A DNA stretch of 63,143 nucleotides, filler included, from Perkinsus chesapeaki ATCC PRA-425 (Eukaryota; Protista; Perkinsozoa): the NCBI GenBank assembly GCA_013115145.1. It is 6 parts of 6 records of this genome, joined end to end, with 100 filler letters (N's around TTAATTAATTAA, not from the genome) between each part and the next. Parts side by side here need not be neighbours in the genome. Positions count along the whole stretch, not along the records: positions 44,862 to 63,143 come from JAAPAO010000671.1; 5 more parts are not named here. One strand, 5' to 3'. The stretch's first letter is position 1. Each line of letters opens with the position of its first letter. Of the stretch, positions 59,592 through 63,143 are shown piece after piece. The notes under the pieces are model-generated. The model saw only the letters and a program-made list of their open reading frames with translations, was not told the origin of the DNA and searched no databases. A program made the position numbers and the translations under genes.

Positions 59592-62500
59592 TTATGGTAA
59601 ACCTTCCTTTGATAAAGCCAAACAACAGTGAGACATTCTCAGCTTCAGCCAAGGTGCCCTGCTGTTGGATAAAAGTGTACTCTCCCTGCGTTCATACCGC
59701 TCTCTTCCCAAATCAGATGCGAGACCCCCCCTACAGTGTTTGCTAACACGAAGTATAATCCAATTAATAATGCGCAATTCTAACATCAACTCAACATGGT
59801 GTGCTAAACGCTAAGTGTGAACAGTTACACTATTGCCTTCAATCGGAGAGCTACTGACACCCTCGGACTGCATCCGAAGGAATTCGTCGACGAAGTTAAC
59901 CTGAAAGAGCGATAGCCACCTACTGACTGGGGTCCAGCCCACTTGGACTCTGAGTGCTTGGCACTTCTCTGTAAGAGCTTTATGACGGGCATCCAACGCA
60001 ATGAGAAGGTCGGTAACGCTTATCTGAGGACAATGTGTAGAAAATTTGATGGAAAAACCGTAAAAAGCTAGGAATGTAATGATTATTAATAATAGTAGCA
60101 GAAACCAACTGCCTACATGTGCTTGGCATAGCTTTTCGAGCTGGGGAGCAGTTATGGACTCAGCGGTCTGATCAGGAGATAAACCTAAAATAAAGAGGAT
60201 GTGATATTTAAAAATTTTCCTCTCCACTTTTGTCCAGGGCGACGCCGAGCTGCACGATCGCCAGCATCTTGCTGCAATCGAAACACATTTGAAAGATCAC
60301 ACCGTGTCCATTTCACACTGGCAGCTTAGTGACCACTGCAGTGGTAGAGAAGAACATGCCCCAACGACGAGTGCTTTGGTGGGAAAACGTTGAAGGCCTG
60401 CTGTAGGCCGCCTGCATTGCGATAACGTCTCCATTGATTCCCGAACGACCGACAATGCCAGGTGCACTCGAGCCGCTGGAGTCCGGACATTTTCCATCTT
60501 CCCTTTCCTTGCCGAGAAGACTCTATTAAGCGTACATCCCTAGGCTGGGTAAGAGTGTGGCTAGCTTACCGTCTCGAATGAAAGGCTCCAAGGCCACCAT
60601 CAATGCGTCCATGTCTGAATCAGCCTTTTTAATCTCATCCAAAGGCCAGCCAACCGAGAGCTCATCCTGAATGCATCATCATCATACGGTGGTACTTGGC
60701 GGGAACGCCTACTGATAGGATGTTCTCCATCGCTGAGTTCAACGCACATGACTCGGAAACGAGGGCGTTCGCGGGGGAGCATCGTCGGAGTGCAGTCATA
60801 GTATCTTCGCGTAGATGGCAAAAGCCGAGGGAAGAGACGGCTTACGTATAGCTTGCTCGATGAGCAATGTATTATCCCCAAAGGCTTGCGAGTCTCTCCA
60901 CCAACATATTAGAAGATAAACGTTCTGTGCGATGTCAGGGGTCTGAGGGGAGAAGATCCCGGGTTCGATCCGCGGTGGCGTCACTATTACTCTGGCATTA
61001 TGATACACACCCACTATGCAGTCCTCTAGTATGTCTAATAGACAGTCCTTCAGTGAGGGTACTTTATTTTGCGGCAGAAGTGAGTTACCGGACATCCCTA
61101 AGGAAAACTGAGCCTCCCTTCGCTGGCCACGGTACACAGGTAAAATTTCTCCCACCGACGAGCAGGCTATTACCTCTGGGCTGGACAACATCGCCTATAG
61201 CCGCTGATGGATGCTCATATAGAGCCTTTATAAGCTTTAAAGATCCAAGAGAGTTACTTTCATATCCAGTGATTGTGCTACGACAATACCTGGAACAGAA
61301 GACGGCTAGAGGTGTCAGAAAAGAAGGTGGTGAGAAACACTCATATAAACGACGCATAGTTTCTCTAGTACACTAGACTAGGCTACTAAAAGTGATGTGA
61401 CCCAATGCCCTAGTCATCGAGTACAGTCAGCTGTATAATAGTAAAGTGCCGGGCATCACTGTATGGCGTACAGCATGACAGATGGCAGAATAGCAGGCAG
61501 TGATCGCACCGTATTACCAAGCAATAAAGCATCAGTATACCGTTAACAAAGTAATGTATTATTTCACGCACGATATACTGTAGTAACCACAGCTTGAACT
61601 GTAGTATAACTTCTCTTAACCTCCCATAGATGGTTATTACTCTTTGATTGTGTGTGATATTGGTGCCATAAGCGTTGCTGGTAGGGTTAGTATCCCCTCC
61701 ATAAACGAGTCTGATAGATGATATTGCCAGATGCTTGCCGCCGATCGACTCCTCACCTATCATCACTGGATCGTCCTCTAAGCGAGCCATCTCCAGACGG
61801 ACGCACTCGATAACGTCAAAGTCCGACATTCACAAGCCGACTGGCGGAGTTCCTTTTGGCTCTTTGCCGCCTATTCGGTATCAGTCCCACCAAAGCTGCT
61901 TACTAGTGAACTCAACAGGGGGAAAGTACAAGCGACAAAGGGATGAAATACGCCACGAGTAGAGCGAAGATGAGAGCAATCTATGGATTCAACAATATTG
62001 TTATATCATTGCAACCAAAGCACTAGTCACCAATCAGATATTCACCATTGGCCCCCTTCGTGTGCTAAGGACTTGCTCTTTTAATATTCGTAGAAGTTAC
62101 CATCGTAAAGTGAACGGCGGTGACATAGCGAATTTACTCCGTGCAGGAGCAGAGTCATTTATTAATCTGCGTGATAGACCTACCTTGCATGGGCATCATC
62201 ACTGATAATAGAGAGTAAGATTACTGAATATACCGACAGCTGGGAACCCTGCATACCCATTCGGGACTCTACGTATCGGTCAAGAACTCCCTCACGCTCG
62301 TACGTGGGAGACCGATATGAGCGGAGGTAAACTGGCTCCCCGAAATTACTTGTCAATTGAGCGAGCATGACAAATCGATGAAGTAAGAGTCCCCATATAT
62401 CGTAAAAACTCTGCGAAATATACGATTAAGTGTCAACCGGTGGCAACCTCGCTGCTCCTTCCCGCAGGCACACTACTAATGGGAATTATGCGCAACCGTA

Positions 62501-62926
62501 TACAGTCAGTAAAATCACACTGGCAAACTTCCTCCCTCTGTCCCTAGTGTCGAAGGCCAGTACCCTTCCGCTCGGGTTGCTCGTGATACAGGTTTGTCGA
62601 TTGCACATTTCATCAACCCAAAAGCCACTAGAGTGGGATGGAATTACACAGCTCTCAGCTACGATGGAGACGTGAAGGCATTGGGGATTAAAGTACTTAA
62701 GCAGGATAGGGATTTCGAAAAAGCACCACTGTTCTGTAAGAAGGATTTACCCAAGCAGTTATTGCTTGGAAACCTTCGAAAGAATGCAATAAGGCAGTTT
62801 AGAATTTAGTGGGAGAGTGGCACGGACCCACTAACAAGGTAAATGTAATAAATCGTCGAAGATCCCCGGTGGAATACAATGGCGCCAGCTACCTGGTTCG
62901 AATCCACTATCATCGGTCGAAGACAT
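59592..62926 (-). CDS. One or more multi-exon hypothetical genes
   Basis: Series of exon-like open segments with GT-AG flanks (MSSTDDSGFEP|, EFLRYMGLLLHRFVMLAQL, SDFDVIECVRLEMARLE, GWPLDEIKKADSDMDALMVALEPF, ISVTDLLIALDARHKAL). No family recognised. Confidence 0.45.
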
Positions 62927-63143
62927 TTTAGATGAAATCTAAGGAATGTCTTTTATCACCGAGAGCTGGTGCGCGGCAGAGGGGAGCTTATGTTGTAGAT
63001 GGAAGAGGAAAAGGAGGGGAATTACGAAAGGGTTTAACCCTTTAACTGGCGGCCCCGACTGCGGAGGAGTGCGTAAGCGCTTCTTTCGACACATCGCCTT
63101 CTAAGTCGAAAACTGTCCTGCCGACACGTGTCGTAACAAGCTC

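Noticed and set aside
62895-62905. GGTTCGAATCC B-box suggesting a tRNA
   Set aside because: No full T-stem or acceptor pairing, and it falls in a probable minus-strand first exon.
1-63143. CRISPR array, rRNA, or prokaryotic operon/defence system
   Set aside because: No repeat-spacer array or rRNA-like sequence was seen. The tandem repeats have no unique spacers, and the DNA is spliceosomal-intron eukaryotic.

Overview
Eukaryotic, intron-rich genomic DNA. It is most consistent with the alveolate parasite Perkinsus, inferred from a spliced-leader-like 22-mer at 17-38, very short GT-AG introns and the gene content. Five 100-nt spacers (44 N + TTAATTAATTAA six-frame-stop linker + 44 N) cut the window into six segments that may not be true neighbours. 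Well-supported genes are Cpn10/HSP10, a partial condensin SMC2 that stops where an LTR-retrotransposon gag region begins, a three-SWIB-domain protein, a TPR protein, a CEP164-like WW/coiled-coil protein, an S28 serine peptidase, two intronless AAAP amino-acid transporters, a TPT/nucleotide-sugar transporter and Ku70. There are also small secreted or hypothetical proteins, minisatellites and decayed retroelement fragments. The best leads are: (1) a 23-35 nt element repeated only downstream of the two amino-acid transporter genes; (2) short, near-perfect palindromes with 1-3 nt spacers scattered through non-coding and decayed DNA; (3) the genomic SL-like sequence; (4) the apparent exonic retroelement insertion in SMC2; (5) gene-conversion tracts between the transporters. 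All homology calls come from motif recognition by eye, with no database search. Exon boundaries are hand-spliced. I found no clearly novel multi-gene system.
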